A DNA stretch of 64,000 bases from Planctomycetota bacterium (GCA_038212275.1 JBBQUR010000024.1:1-64000), one strand, 5' to 3'; positions 29,791 to 40,068 are shown, counted from the stretch's first letter. Notes: generated by a model from the sequence alone, not told the origin. Program-made: numbers and translations.

Positions 29791-31196
29791 GCTGGCGTGC
29801 GCCCCGGTGCGCTCGCCTCGAGCACGCCGTCGGTGCCATCGTCGGGCAGCCAGCGGCCGGCCAGCGTCACCGCCGTCGCGGACTCGATCGCGACGCGCAC
29901 GACGCTGTCCACGAGGCTGCGCGGCCCCTCGAACACGACGCGGTCGAAGGCGAGGTTGCGGCCGAAGAGACGCCGCTCGTCGCGACGGCTGCCGCCCTCC
30001 ACGAGCACGTCGTGCACCTGGCCGAGCAGCTCTCCGTGCCGTTGCTGCTGCAGCTCGTTCTGCAGCGCCTGCAGGGCGAGCAGGCGCTCGCGCTTCGTCG
30101 TCTCGGGCACGTCGTCGGCCAGGCGCCCGAAGGCGGGCGTGCCGGGTCGTGGCGAATAGCGGAAGCAGAAGGCCTGCGCGAAGCGCACGTCGCGCGCGAG
30201 CTGCAGCGTCTGCTCGAAGTCCTCGTCCGTCTCGCCCGGGAAGCCGACGATGAAGTCCGCGCCGAGCTCCACGCCCGGGATCACCTCGCGCAGGCGCGTC
30301 ACGCGCTCGCGATAGCGCTCCGCGGTGTAGCCGCGCGCCATCCGCCGCAGCACGCGCGAGCTGCCCGACTGCGGCGGCAGGTGGAGAAAGCGGCCGACCT
30401 TCGGGCAGGCGGCCAGCGCCTCGATGAGCGCGTCGTCCATTTCCTCGGGATGGCTGGTGAGGAAGCGGATGCGCTGCAGTCCGGGCAGCTGCTGCAGTGC
30501 GAGCAGCAGCTCGCCCAGCGAGCGCCCCTCGCGACGGCCCCAGGCGTTCACGGTCTGCCCGAGCAGCGTGACCTCGCGCACGCCGTCGTCCACCAGCGCG
30601 CGCACCTCGGTCAGCACGTCCGCCATCGGCCGGCTCACCTCGACGCCGCGCGTGTTCGGCACGACGCAATAGGTGCAGGCCTTGTCGCAGCCGCGCATGA
30701 CGGTGACGTAGGCGCGCGCGCGGTCGGGCCGGGCGGAGAGGTCGCGCTCTTCGGAGACGTGCGGGTCGCCGTCCGTGGCGAGCACGCGCGTGCGGTCCGC
30801 GCGCACCTCGTCGAGAATCGTCGCGACGCGCGGGAAGTCGCGCGTGCCGGCGACGAAGTCCAGCGCGGGCCAGCGCGCCAGGAGCTCCTGGCCCTCGCGC
30901 TGCGCCATGCAGCCGAGCACGCCGAGCGCAAGGTCCGGACGGCTGCGCTTGAGCACGGCCAGCTCGCCGAGGTGGCTGTGCACGCGGTTCTCGGCCTGGT
31001 CGCGGATGGCGCACGTGACCAGCAGCACCGCGTCCGCATCCTCGTCTCTGTCCGTGAAGTCGTAGCCGGCGCGGCGCAGCGCTCCCACCATGAGCTCGGC
31101 GTCCAGCTTGTTCATCTGGCAGCCGAAGACCTCGAGCAGCACGCGGGGGCCTCCCGGCGTGCCTTGCGGCGGTGGACTGAGCACGGCGTCGTTCAT
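29787..31196 (-). CDS. miaB: tRNA-2-methylthio-N6-dimethylallyladenosine synthase
   Basis: 'FGCQMN', 'TCAIR..AE', 'GCMAQ', radical SAM CDKACTYC, 'DFIVGFPGET', TRAM domain. Confidence 0.95.
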   Translation of the reverse strand: MNDAVLSPPPQGTPGGPRVLLEVFGCQMNKLDAELMVGALRRAGYDFTDRDEDADAVLLVTCAIRDQAENRVHSHLGELAVLKRSRPDLALGVLGCMAQREGQELLARWPALDFVAGTRDFPRVATILDEVRADRTRVLATDGDPHVSEERDLSARPDRARAYVTVMRGCDKACTYCVVPNTRGVEVSRPMADVLTEVRALVDDGVREVTLLGQTVNAWGRREGRSLGELLLALQQLPGLQRIRFLTSHPEEMDDALIEALAACPKVGRFLHLPPQSGSSRVLRRMARGYTAERYRERVTRLREVIPGVELGADFIVGFPGETDEDFEQTLQLARDVRFAQAFCFRYSPRPGTPAFGRLADDVPETTKRERLLALQALQNELQQQRHGELLGQVHDVLVEGGSRRDERRLFGRNLAFDRVVFEGPRSLVDSVVRVAIESATAVTLAGRWLPDDGTDGVLEASAPGRTPA

Positions 31197-31207
31197 GGTC
31201 GGGGCAT

Positions 31208-31259
31208 CGTAGCCAACGGGCGTAGCCAACGGGCGTAGCCAACCGTCGTAGTCAACCGG
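31208..31259. repeat. 13-bp tandem repeat x4
   Basis: CGTAGCCAACGGG, CGTAGCCAACGGG, CGTAGCCAACCGT, CGTAGTCAACCGG. Confidence 0.85.
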
Positions 31260-31337
31260 CACCGGCCCCGCGCGACGTCGCCGCGCAGGCGGGCGCTGCC
31301 GCTTTACACGGCTGCCTGCGGCGTCTAGTGTCGCGGC

Positions 31338-32462
31338 GTGCGACCCTCGTCACGCTGCCGCCGCCCGAGCCACCGCCATGCGAGCCTTTCATCGAGCAGC
31401 GTGACCCGGCCCGGCTCCGGCACGAGCGTCAGGGCGCCGACCTGGGCCCGTCGCGTCGCGCTCGCCGGCGCGTTCAGCGCTGCACTTGCCGGTGCACTTG
31501 CCGGCGCCTGCAGCGAGTCCTCCCCGGCTCCGCAAGGCGCGTCGACCGTTGCGGCGGCACGCGGCTCGCAGGCCGTCACGCACGGGGGCGGCCCGGCCTT
31601 CGAGGCGGCGCGGCAGCGCGCCGTGCAACTGCAGGATTCAGGCGCAGATCAGGGCGAGGTGCTGGCCGCACTGCAGGCTGCCTTCGCGCTCGACCCGGAT
31701 CACTACGGCATCAACCACCGGCTCGCTCGCCTTGACAGCGACCTGCGGCTGCACGATCAGGCGCTCGAGCACTTCCTGCGTGCGCACCGCGCCCGGCCTG
31801 ACGACCATGAGGTACTCATGGCCGTGGTGACGCTGCAGGTGCGCCTCGGACAGCTCGACGAGGCGCTGGCCAACCTGCCCCCGCTCGAGGCGGATCGCGC
31901 GTATGCCGGAGATGCCCGCTACCAGCGCGCAAGCATCCTCGATGCGCGCGGAGAGCGCGCTGCCGCGCTGGCGCTCGTCGCCGACACGAAGGACCTGCCG
32001 CCGCGCGAGGCGTATCGCTGCGAATCGCTGCACGGCCGCTACCTGCTCGAGGAGGGCGACGTCGCCGGCTCCCGGGAACACTTCCGCAAGGCGCTTGCCG
32101 GGCGCGCCGATTACAAGGAAGCGCTCAAGGGACTGGCGGACAGCTGCCGCCGGCTCGGGCAGGACACCGAGGCCGCGCGCTGGGACCACGTGCTCGCGCT
32201 CTTCCTCGCGCTGACCGACAATGCCTTCATCCGATCTCCCGCCGAGCGGGAGCATCGCCGCGCCACGCTGGAGGAACTCGTCGTCGCCTATCCGGATTGG
32301 GTCGAGGGTTTTGCGCAGCTGGCCGACCTGCAGCTCGACCTGGGCGATCGCGCCGCCGCATGCCGGACGATCGAACGATTCCTGGCGGGGCCCGGCGCGA
32401 ACTCGCCGCCGGACGCCGTCGGCAAGCTGCGCGCCCGCTACTGCGAGTCGGGCGGGAAATGA
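31338..32462 (+). CDS. TPR lipoprotein
   Basis: Lipobox-like 'LAGAC' followed by TPR helices; true start may be downstream (e.g. GTG 31401). Confidence 0.75.
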   Translation: MRPSSRCRRPSHRHASLSSSSVTRPGSGTSVRAPTWARRVALAGAFSAALAGALAGACSESSPAPQGASTVAAARGSQAVTHGGGPAFEAARQRAVQLQDSGADQGEVLAALQAAFALDPDHYGINHRLARLDSDLRLHDQALEHFLRAHRARPDDHEVLMAVVTLQVRLGQLDEALANLPPLEADRAYAGDARYQRASILDARGERAAALALVADTKDLPPREAYRCESLHGRYLLEEGDVAGSREHFRKALAGRADYKEALKGLADSCRRLGQDTEAARWDHVLALFLALTDNAFIRSPAEREHRRATLEELVVAYPDWVEGFAQLADLQLDLGDRAAACRTIERFLAGPGANSPPDAVGKLRARYCESGGK

Positions 32463-34255
32463 GCGCCGCGCGCACCTGCTGTCTCGCCGGGCTGCTCGCG
32501 TACACCGCGGCTTGCGGCGACGCCGCGACTCCGGACACCTCGTCGCCCGCACGACCAGAGGCCGCGACGGCCAGCCGCGGCAGCACCGACGCCGTGGCGC
32601 TCCTTCCGGACGTCGCGGCAGAGGCTCACGTCGACTTCGTGCACACGCACGGCGGCACGGGCGCGAAATTCCTGTTCGAGACGATGGGCTCCGGAGTGGC
32701 CGCCGCGGACTTCGACGGTGACGGCCTGCCCGACCTGCTCTTCGTGCAGAGCGGCACGCTCCCGCCCGACGACTTTTCCGCCGCGGATTGCGCGCTCGCC
32801 GGGCACGCGACCGGCACGACGGCACGCCTCTATCTGAATGCCGGAACCGCCGGCGGCGAGCTGCGCTTCCGCGACGCCACCGCGGGAAGCGGACTCGATG
32901 TCGCGCTCTACGGGCAGGGCGTGGCCGTGGGCGACGTGGATGGAGACGGCGACCGGGACGTGTACCTCGGCTGCTACGGTCGCTCGCACCTGTTCCTCAA
33001 CGACGGCCACGGCCGCTTCACCGACACGACGGCGCAGTCCGGCATCGTCGACCCGCCGTGGACCACGGGTGGCGCCTTCTTCGACGCCGACGGCGACGGC
33101 GATCTCGACCTGTACTCGGTGGCATACCTGGACATGCCCATCGCGAGCCATGTCGTCTGCGGTCCGAGCAAGGACATCCGCACCTACTGTCACGTGGATC
33201 TCTGGCCCGGCCTCGATGACCACCTCTGGATCAACGACGGCACGGGACACTTCACCGACGGCTCGGCCGCGGCGGGATTGCCGGGAACCACCGGCAAGGG
33301 ACTGGCCGTCGCGGCCGAGGACCTCGACGACGACGGCGACCTCGACCTCTTCGTGGCCAACGACAGTCAGGCCAACCTGCTGCTGCGCAACGACGGCAGC
33401 GGCCGCTTCACGAATCGCGCACGCGAGTCGGGCACGGACCTCAATGGCGAGGGCCGCTCCGAGGCGTGCATGGGTGTCGCCGCTGCGGACCTCGACGGCG
33501 ACGGCGACGGCGACATCTACGTCGTGAACTTCCAGCAGGAGCGCAACACGCTCTATCGCAACGAGGGCGGGCTCTTCTTCACGGACGTCGCCGTGAGCTC
33601 GGGCGCCGGCGTGCCCGGCATGCAGTCGCTGGGTTTCGGTGTCGCCGCCCTCGACATCGAGAACGACGGCGACCTCGACCTCTACGTGGCCAACGGGCAC
33701 ATCTTCGACAACGTGGAGGAAGCCGAGCATGGCGCAACCTGGAAGCAGGTCGACCAGCTCTACCTCAACGACGGGCGCGGCCATTTCAAGCTCGCCCCCG
33801 GCAGCTGGGGGCCCTCGCTGAGCGAGCCGCGCGTCGGACGCGGACTCGCCACCGCGGACTTCGATCGTGACGGAGACCTCGACCTCGTGGTGAGCAACAG
33901 CAATGACCGCCCCTGGGTGCTGCGCAACGACGCGGCCACGGGCCACCGCATCGTGCTGCGACTGCGCGGTCCGTCGGGCCGCGCCGATGCCGAAGGCGCG
34001 GTGGTCCGCCTCACCGCCGGCGGGCGCGAGCTGGTGCGCACGATCTCGCCGGGCGGCAGCTACGCCAGCCACATGGACACCGAGCTGGTCATCGGCCTCG
34101 GCGACGCGAAGACCGTCGATCGGCTCTCGATCCGCTGGCCTGGCGCCGGCACCAGCGAGTTGCTCTCGCTGGACGCCGACTGTCGCTACGACATCGCCTT
34201 CGGGGGCGAGATCGTGAGCAAGACCACGCTGCCGGCGCTCGCGGAAGCCCGCTGA
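32459..34255 (+). CDS. CRTAC1-family FG-GAP/VCBS beta-propeller protein with ASPIC/UnbV domain
   Basis: 'ETMGSG', repeated DxDGDGDxDL, 'F.D.T..SG', C-terminal 'GGSYASH..LVIGLG..LSIRWP'; lipobox 'TAAC'. Confidence 0.92.
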   Translation: MSAARTCCLAGLLAYTAACGDAATPDTSSPARPEAATASRGSTDAVALLPDVAAEAHVDFVHTHGGTGAKFLFETMGSGVAAADFDGDGLPDLLFVQSGTLPPDDFSAADCALAGHATGTTARLYLNAGTAGGELRFRDATAGSGLDVALYGQGVAVGDVDGDGDRDVYLGCYGRSHLFLNDGHGRFTDTTAQSGIVDPPWTTGGAFFDADGDGDLDLYSVAYLDMPIASHVVCGPSKDIRTYCHVDLWPGLDDHLWINDGTGHFTDGSAAAGLPGTTGKGLAVAAEDLDDDGDLDLFVANDSQANLLLRNDGSGRFTNRARESGTDLNGEGRSEACMGVAAADLDGDGDGDIYVVNFQQERNTLYRNEGGLFFTDVAVSSGAGVPGMQSLGFGVAALDIENDGDLDLYVANGHIFDNVEEAEHGATWKQVDQLYLNDGRGHFKLAPGSWGPSLSEPRVGRGLATADFDRDGDLDLVVSNSNDRPWVLRNDAATGHRIVLRLRGPSGRADAEGAVVRLTAGGRELVRTISPGGSYASHMDTELVIGLGDAKTVDRLSIRWPGAGTSELLSLDADCRYDIAFGGEIVSKTTLPALAEAR

Positions 34256-34256
34256 C

Positions 34257-35561
34257 ATGCGGCGCAGCGAGAGCGCGACGCACGGCAGTCTCGCGGGATC
34301 GGCACGGCACCTGTTGCGCCTCGGCGTCGCGCTGGCCTCGCTCGCCGCGGCCGTCGCGTCCCAGGCGGGCGTCGCGTCACAGGCGGGCGTCGGCCCGGCG
34401 GGCCTCGCGCAGGACGCGGGCAAGACGGACGCCGAGGCCTTGTGGGACTCCGGCCAACGGCAGGCCGCGCTTTCCGCGCTCGAAGCGCAGCTCGCGCTCA
34501 ACCCCACCGACAACGCGCTGCGCCTGCACCTCGCGCAGCGCCAGTCCGACGTCGGCCGCTGGGAGGCTGCACTGGCCACGGCCGCAAGCCTCGGGCCGCA
34601 GGCCGACCATCTGCGCGGCACGGCGCTCTACATCCTCACGCGTTTCGACGAGTCGCTCGGCCTGCTGGATCCCGCGGATCCGGGCCAGTGCCTCATGCGC
34701 CTCGACAGCCTGCTCGCGCTGGACCGCCTGGACGAGGCCGACGCCGCGCTCGCCCCGGCCGCCGCAGTGCGCGGGCAGGACGACGTGGCACTCACCGTGC
34801 TGCGGGGGCGACTGCACGCCGCGCACGGGCGCTTCGCGGAGGCCGTGCCGGAGTTCCGTGCGGCACTCGCGCGCGATCCCTGCGACCGTGCCGCGCTCTT
34901 CGGTCTCGGTCAGGCACTCATCCGCACCGGCGAACGCAGCGAGGGCCTCGCGCTGCTGGAGCGGCATCGCGCGCTGCTGCCACTGCTCGACCGGCACGAC
35001 TTCGCGCTGCAGGCACTCGACCTCGATCCGCTGCACGCGGACCATCACGCGCAGCTCGGCGACATCGAGCGCGAGCTGCAGTGGATCGACAGCGCCGAAC
35101 AGCGCTACCGGCGTGCGGAAGACCTGGCCGGCCCCGACGAACTCGCGCCGATCGTGTTGCGCCACGCGCGCCTGCTCGACGAAGACCGGCACACGCCGGA
35201 AGCGGCGCTGGCTCTGCTCGATGCGGCCTTTGCACGCGTGCCCGATCCGCGGCTGGCCGTCCGCGCCGCCGATCTGGCGCTCCGCTCGGGCCGTGCTGCG
35301 GACGCGGTGCAGCGCTTGACCGCCCTGGCGCGCAGCCGGCCCGAAGACGGCCAGATCCAGCAACGCCTCGCCGCCGCACGCGCGGCGGCCGCCGCAGCAG
35401 CGCCTCCCGAGCCCGGCACGCCGCCCGCCCCGACTCCCGACGCAGTGCCCGGCACCGCACCCGGCACCGCACCCGGCGCGGCACCCGGCGCAGCACCTGG
35501 CGCGGCGGCTGGTGCGGCAGAAGGCACGACGCCGGCTGGTGTGCCGAGAGGCCGACGATGA
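34257..35561 (+). CDS. Secreted TPR protein with APG(T/A) repeat tail
   Basis: Signal-like N-terminus, TPR helices, C-terminal 12-bp coding repeats near 35447-35515. Confidence 0.8.
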   Translation: MRRSESATHGSLAGSARHLLRLGVALASLAAAVASQAGVASQAGVGPAGLAQDAGKTDAEALWDSGQRQAALSALEAQLALNPTDNALRLHLAQRQSDVGRWEAALATAASLGPQADHLRGTALYILTRFDESLGLLDPADPGQCLMRLDSLLALDRLDEADAALAPAAAVRGQDDVALTVLRGRLHAAHGRFAEAVPEFRAALARDPCDRAALFGLGQALIRTGERSEGLALLERHRALLPLLDRHDFALQALDLDPLHADHHAQLGDIERELQWIDSAEQRYRRAEDLAGPDELAPIVLRHARLLDEDRHTPEAALALLDAAFARVPDPRLAVRAADLALRSGRAADAVQRLTALARSRPEDGQIQQRLAAARAAAAAAAPPEPGTPPAPTPDAVPGTAPGTAPGAAPGAAPGAAAGAAEGTTPAGVPRGRR

Positions 35562-37486
35562 ATCGCCGGAACATGACGCGGCGCCTGCTGCTGCCGTGGC
35601 TGCTCGCCGCGTCCTGCCACGATGCGACACCGGATGCGAGCGCTGGCCCCACCGCTGCCGCTCCCGCAACAGCTCCCCCCCATGTTCCGGCCACCGCATC
35701 CGCAGCCGCTCCCACCACCATGTCCGCGCAGGCTGGCGCACACACGGCGCCTGCCCCGGCGAATCCCGACGGCTGGTTCACGGACATCTCGGGCCCGGCC
35801 GGCGTCGATTTCGTGCACGACGCGGGGCGCACGGACGACAAGCAACTGCCCGAGACCATGGGCTCGGGCGCCGCGCTCTGCGACCTCGACGGCGACGGTG
35901 ACCTCGACATCTACCTCGTGCAGAGCGGCCCGCTGCCCTCGCCTGCGCCTGCGCCTGCGCCGGGCAGCACAGCCATGCGGCCGCGCCCGGACAACAAGCT
36001 CTTCCTGAATGACGGCCGCGGGCATTTCACGGATGCCACGGCGCTGAGCGGCGACGGCGTCGGGCGGGGCTACGGCATGGGCGTCGCGCCGGGCGACGTC
36101 GACGGCGACGGCGACCTCGACCTCTATCTCACCAACCTCGGCCCCGATGTCCTGCTGCTCAACGACGGGCACGCGCGCTTCACGGAGGCCACCGCCGCCT
36201 CCGGCCTTGCCGACGAGCGCTGGACCACGGCCGCCACGTTCTTCGACGCCGACAACGACGGCGACCAGGATCTCTTCGTGACCGGCTACGTGCAGGTCGA
36301 CCTCGGCCACCCGCTCTGGTGCGGAGACCGCAAGCCGGGCTGGCGCAGCTACTGCCACCCGGACGCGTACGCCGGCCTGCCGCCGCGCTTCTGGCGCAAC
36401 GACGGCGCCGGGCACTTCACGGACGCCACCGAGGAGGCGGGCTTCGGCGGCGATCCGGGACATCCGGGCAAGGGCCTCGGTGTCATCGCCTTCGATCTCG
36501 AGCCGGACGGAGACCTCGACCTCTACGTCGCCAACGACAGCGTCGAGAACAAGCTGTGGATCAACGACGGCGGCGTGTTCACCGACGGCACGCTGCTCTC
36601 CGGCACCGGCGTGGACGGACAGGGGCGCACGGAGGCCGGCATGGGCCTCGCCACGGGCGACGTGGACGGCGACCTCGACATCGACCTCATCGTGACCAAC
36701 TTCGACGACGAGTCGAACACGCTGTACCGCAACGACGGAGGCGGCCTGTTCACCGACGCGACCGTGATGGCGGGGCTCGAGGGACCGAGCCGGCTGCCGG
36801 TGGGCTTCGGCGTGGTGCTGGACGACCTCGACAACGACGGCGACCTCGATCTCGTCGTGACCAACGGCCACATCATCGACAACATCGAGAAGTACCACGA
36901 CGGCAAGACGTGGAAGCAGCGCAGCCAGGCCTTCGTGAACGACGGCACCGGCCACTTCACGGACGTGACCGCCCGGGCGGGCGACCTGTCGCGGGATCTG
37001 CTCGTCGGCCGCGGCCTCTATGGCGGCGACATCGATGGCGACGGCGACCTCGACCTGCTGCTCACGCAGTGCAACGGCCGCGCCCTGCTGCTGGCCAACA
37101 ACGGCGGCCCCGAGCGGGGCCCTGCGGGCGGCGCGGTGAGCCTCACGGGCCTGCCGTCGGGCACCTTCGTGCAGGCGCGACTCGCCTCGGGCCGCCGGCT
37201 CGTGCGCGAGGCCGGCACGCAGACCAGCTACATCGGGCTCGGCGGCCCGGACGTGCACCTCGGGCTCGGCGTCGACAGCCTCGTGGAGTTGCGACTCGCT
37301 CCGCCGGGAAAGCCGGTCACCGTGATCGCTGTCGACCCGCCGCTCGCATCCGGCCGCTTGCACTTCGTACAACGATCCGACGGTCTGCAACGTGCAGAAG
37401 CACCCGCCGGCACCCTGCCGGTTCCGGGTGCCCCGCCTGCCGCGCCCGACTCGGACCTTCCACTTCCCGGACCTGACAAGCCATGA
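35558..37486 (+). CDS. CRTAC1-family FG-GAP/VCBS beta-propeller protein (second copy)
   Basis: 'PETMGSG', repeated DxDGDGDLD, 'SYCHPDAY', degenerate ASPIC/UnbV end; lipobox 'LAASC'. Confidence 0.92.
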   Translation: MNRRNMTRRLLLPWLLAASCHDATPDASAGPTAAAPATAPPHVPATASAAAPTTMSAQAGAHTAPAPANPDGWFTDISGPAGVDFVHDAGRTDDKQLPETMGSGAALCDLDGDGDLDIYLVQSGPLPSPAPAPAPGSTAMRPRPDNKLFLNDGRGHFTDATALSGDGVGRGYGMGVAPGDVDGDGDLDLYLTNLGPDVLLLNDGHARFTEATAASGLADERWTTAATFFDADNDGDQDLFVTGYVQVDLGHPLWCGDRKPGWRSYCHPDAYAGLPPRFWRNDGAGHFTDATEEAGFGGDPGHPGKGLGVIAFDLEPDGDLDLYVANDSVENKLWINDGGVFTDGTLLSGTGVDGQGRTEAGMGLATGDVDGDLDIDLIVTNFDDESNTLYRNDGGGLFTDATVMAGLEGPSRLPVGFGVVLDDLDNDGDLDLVVTNGHIIDNIEKYHDGKTWKQRSQAFVNDGTGHFTDVTARAGDLSRDLLVGRGLYGGDIDGDGDLDLLLTQCNGRALLLANNGGPERGPAGGAVSLTGLPSGTFVQARLASGRRLVREAGTQTSYIGLGGPDVHLGLGVDSLVELRLAPPGKPVTVIAVDPPLASGRLHFVQRSDGLQRAEAPAGTLPVPGAPPAAPDSDLPLPGPDKP

Positions 37487-38406
37487 AGCTCGCCGCCATT
37501 CTCCCGCTCCTGCTGCTGCTCCCCATGTCGGGCGACGAGCCCGTCGTCGCGCATGCCAAGGGCCAGGACTTCACCCGTGCGCAGTATGGCGAGTGGCTCG
37601 TGCAGCGGGTGGGCGTGCAGTATCTGACCGACTACCTGTTTGCCGAGCTCGTGGTGCGCATGGCCGCGGAGCGCGGGCTGGCCCCGACGGAAGCCGAGCT
37701 TGAGGCTGCCTACGAGGAGGAGTACCAGCGCACGATCGACAACGGCAAGTCCGGCGACCTGAACAGCTACACCGCGGATCTCGCGCTGCGGGGATATTCG
37801 CTGGAGACCTGGAAGCAGAAGAGGTTCACGGAGCTGCGCTCCGAACTCTCGCAATTCCGCCTCGCTCTCGCCGACCGGCAGATCACGGACGAGTGGTTGG
37901 CGTCCCGCTACAAGGACCTGTTCGGGGCCCTCGGCGAGCGGGTCAACGTGGAGGTGTATTACTTCGGCGCGTATCGCGGCCTCGACCCGACGAATCCCAA
38001 TCCCGACGTCACGGCATTGAAGGCCGCGGCGCACGAGCGCGCCGTGGCGGCCATCGCGCAGCTCAAGTCCGGCGTGGATCGCGCCACCGTCATGGGGACG
38101 ACCGACCCCGTGTCCTCGACCTTCGTGACCGACGGCATCATCACCGGTTATCGGCGGCAGATGCTGGGAACCGAGGTCGAGCGGGCCGTCGCCAGCCTCG
38201 ACGAACCGGGTGACACGTCGCTCCCGGTCGACGTCTTCGACGGCACCTACGTGCTGCGGCTCGTGGTGCGCGAACCAGTGCGCATGCAGGACGTGCGCGA
38301 CGAACTCGTCGCCGCAATCATGAGTGAAGCCGTCAGCGGCTCCGAGCTGGCCGCGGTGCGCGCCAGCGTGTTCGACGAATACGCGGTCGAGCCGATCCTC
38401 CGCTGA
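37483..38406 (+). CDS. Exported SurA/PrsA-like foldase-domain protein
   Basis: Signal peptide, SurA-N-like helices, parvulin-like 'EVERAVASL..PGDTSLPV..GTYVLRL'. Confidence 0.55.
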   Translation: MKLAAILPLLLLLPMSGDEPVVAHAKGQDFTRAQYGEWLVQRVGVQYLTDYLFAELVVRMAAERGLAPTEAELEAAYEEEYQRTIDNGKSGDLNSYTADLALRGYSLETWKQKRFTELRSELSQFRLALADRQITDEWLASRYKDLFGALGERVNVEVYYFGAYRGLDPTNPNPDVTALKAAAHERAVAAIAQLKSGVDRATVMGTTDPVSSTFVTDGIITGYRRQMLGTEVERAVASLDEPGDTSLPVDVFDGTYVLRLVVREPVRMQDVRDELVAAIMSEAVSGSELAAVRASVFDEYAVEPILR

Positions 38407-38416
38407 GTGCAGCGGG

Positions 38417-39448
38417 TCATTTCGCAGCCGGCACTCCGGCCAGGTCGCGCCAGCGCTTCACGGCCTTGTCGCGCTCGGGCTTGGAACCGCGCGGGTCGTA
38501 GTCCGCGTCGTGGCCCGTGAGGCGCTGCAGCGTCTCGGCCGCAGTCTTGCGGATCTGCAGGCTGGGGTCGTCCAGCACGAGGAAGAGATCCGGGACGGCA
38601 TCGACGGCGCCGAAGTCCCCGAGCACCTGCATGGCGCGGATGCGGACGAAGGGGTCTTCGTCCTTCAGGACGGGCAGCAGGTTGGTGGTGAGCTGCTTGT
38701 GGCGGCCCTTGCTGATCTTCTCCACGGCATCGAAGCGCTGACCGGCGTCGGCGTCGAGGAGCTGGCGGCGGATCGCTTCCAGCTCGGCCTGCTGCGTCAG
38801 GTCGGCGGCGGGCGCCGTCATCGCGGCCGGTCCGCCGTCGACGGGCGCCTGCGCGATGCCGGCGGCGAGCCGCTGATCCTGCAGCGTGACGAGATCGGCC
38901 AGCGTGTTGATGCGCGCCTCGAGCTCGTGCGTGCGATTCTCCTGAAAATGCAGCTTCTCGATGAGCTGGCCAGCCTCGGCCTGCCCGCGGAGCAGTCCCT
39001 CCATGCTCTCGCGCGCCTGATCGAGGGCACGCGCCTGATCGGCCGCGGTGCCGCGCACCGTGTCCAGGTCCCCGCGCTGAAAGACCACCTGGCGTTCGAG
39101 GTCGTCGAGCCGGGCCACCAGCGCCGCGACGCGCTGCTCCACCCCGGCGACGAGGGCACGCTGGTCGCTCGTCGAGAACTCCGCAGAGACTTCGCCGTCG
39201 CCGGTGACGGCCGACGTGAGCTGCGGCAGGTCGCGCCACGCGAGGTAGGCGATGAGGCCGAGCAGCAGCACGACGACCAGCGGGTGCGTGCCGCGGCGGC
39301 CGGCCGCCGGTTGAGAGACCGCGCCGGAGCCGCCCGGGGGAATGCACGTCCGGCAGAAGAGCTTGCCCTTGATCGTGGTGACCTGGCCGGACTGGATGTC
39401 CGTGACCGGGATGCTCTCGTTGCAGCCATCGCAGAAATAGATCTTCAT
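38417..39448 (-). CDS. Zinc finger-TM-coiled coil-HEAT repeat protein
   Basis: CDGC...CRTC, one TM helix, heptad region, HEAT repeats 'LKDEDPFVR', 'LDDPSLQIR', 'LQRLTG'. Confidence 0.8.
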   Translation of the reverse strand: MKIYFCDGCNESIPVTDIQSGQVTTIKGKLFCRTCIPPGGSGAVSQPAAGRRGTHPLVVVLLLGLIAYLAWRDLPQLTSAVTGDGEVSAEFSTSDQRALVAGVEQRVAALVARLDDLERQVVFQRGDLDTVRGTAADQARALDQARESMEGLLRGQAEAGQLIEKLHFQENRTHELEARINTLADLVTLQDQRLAAGIAQAPVDGGPAAMTAPAADLTQQAELEAIRRQLLDADAGQRFDAVEKISKGRHKQLTTNLLPVLKDEDPFVRIRAMQVLGDFGAVDAVPDLFLVLDDPSLQIRKTAAETLQRLTGHDADYDPRGSKPERDKAVKRWRDLAGVPAAK

Positions 39449-39615
39449 CGCCTGGTGCACACCCCTCGCTGGGCTTGCGGTCATTCCGGAGGTGGCCCTA
39501 GAATCGCGTTCGACGCGAGCGGCTCTTCAGCCTCCGGCAAGCGGTCACTGTAGCTTGGCCGGCAAGCCGGCAACATCGGAGCTTCCTCGCGGCTCCCGAC
39601 CTCCCGCAGACTGCC

Positions 39616-40068
39616 ATGACCCGCCCCGCGACAGGTTCCTCATCCAGCTCCGGCCGGCCCGACGGCGGGTCGGCCGCGGGGCGGAGGTTGCAGCGCGCAG
39701 GCCTGGCCTTCGAGACGGGAATCCTCGAGGAATTGCACGAGCGGCTGCCCGACGATGTCGAGTTGCTCGCGCAGCTCGCCGAGGCCTGCACGCGGTTGCG
39801 GCGCTACCGCCGCGGGCTCGAACTCGATCGCCGCCTCGTGCAGCGCGACCCGGCCAATCCGGAATTCCGCTACAACCTCGCCTGCTCGTGCTCGCTGACC
39901 GGCGACCTGGCGGCCGCATCCGAGGAACTGCTCATGTCGCTGCAGCTCGGCTACCGCGACTTCGTCCACCTCATGCGCGATGCCGACCTGCGGCGACTGC
40001 GCCGCGACGCGGCCTTCGAACCGGTGCGCGCGCGCATGGAGCAGCTGGAGCGCGACGCGCCGGGCTGA
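39616..40068 (+). CDS. Small TPR protein (TPR end-group type)
   Basis: 'LELDRRLV..P.NP..RYNLACS.SL', 'GYRDF.HL.RD.DL'. Confidence 0.8.
   Translation: MTRPATGSSSSSGRPDGGSAAGRRLQRAGLAFETGILEELHERLPDDVELLAQLAEACTRLRRYRRGLELDRRLVQRDPANPEFRYNLACSCSLTGDLAAASEELLMSLQLGYRDFVHLMRDADLRRLRRDAAFEPVRARMEQLERDAPG

Noticed and set aside
31208..31259. CRISPR array (also considered at 55597-55674)
   Set aside because: Units are 10-13 bp, directly adjacent with no spacers, and there are no cas genes.
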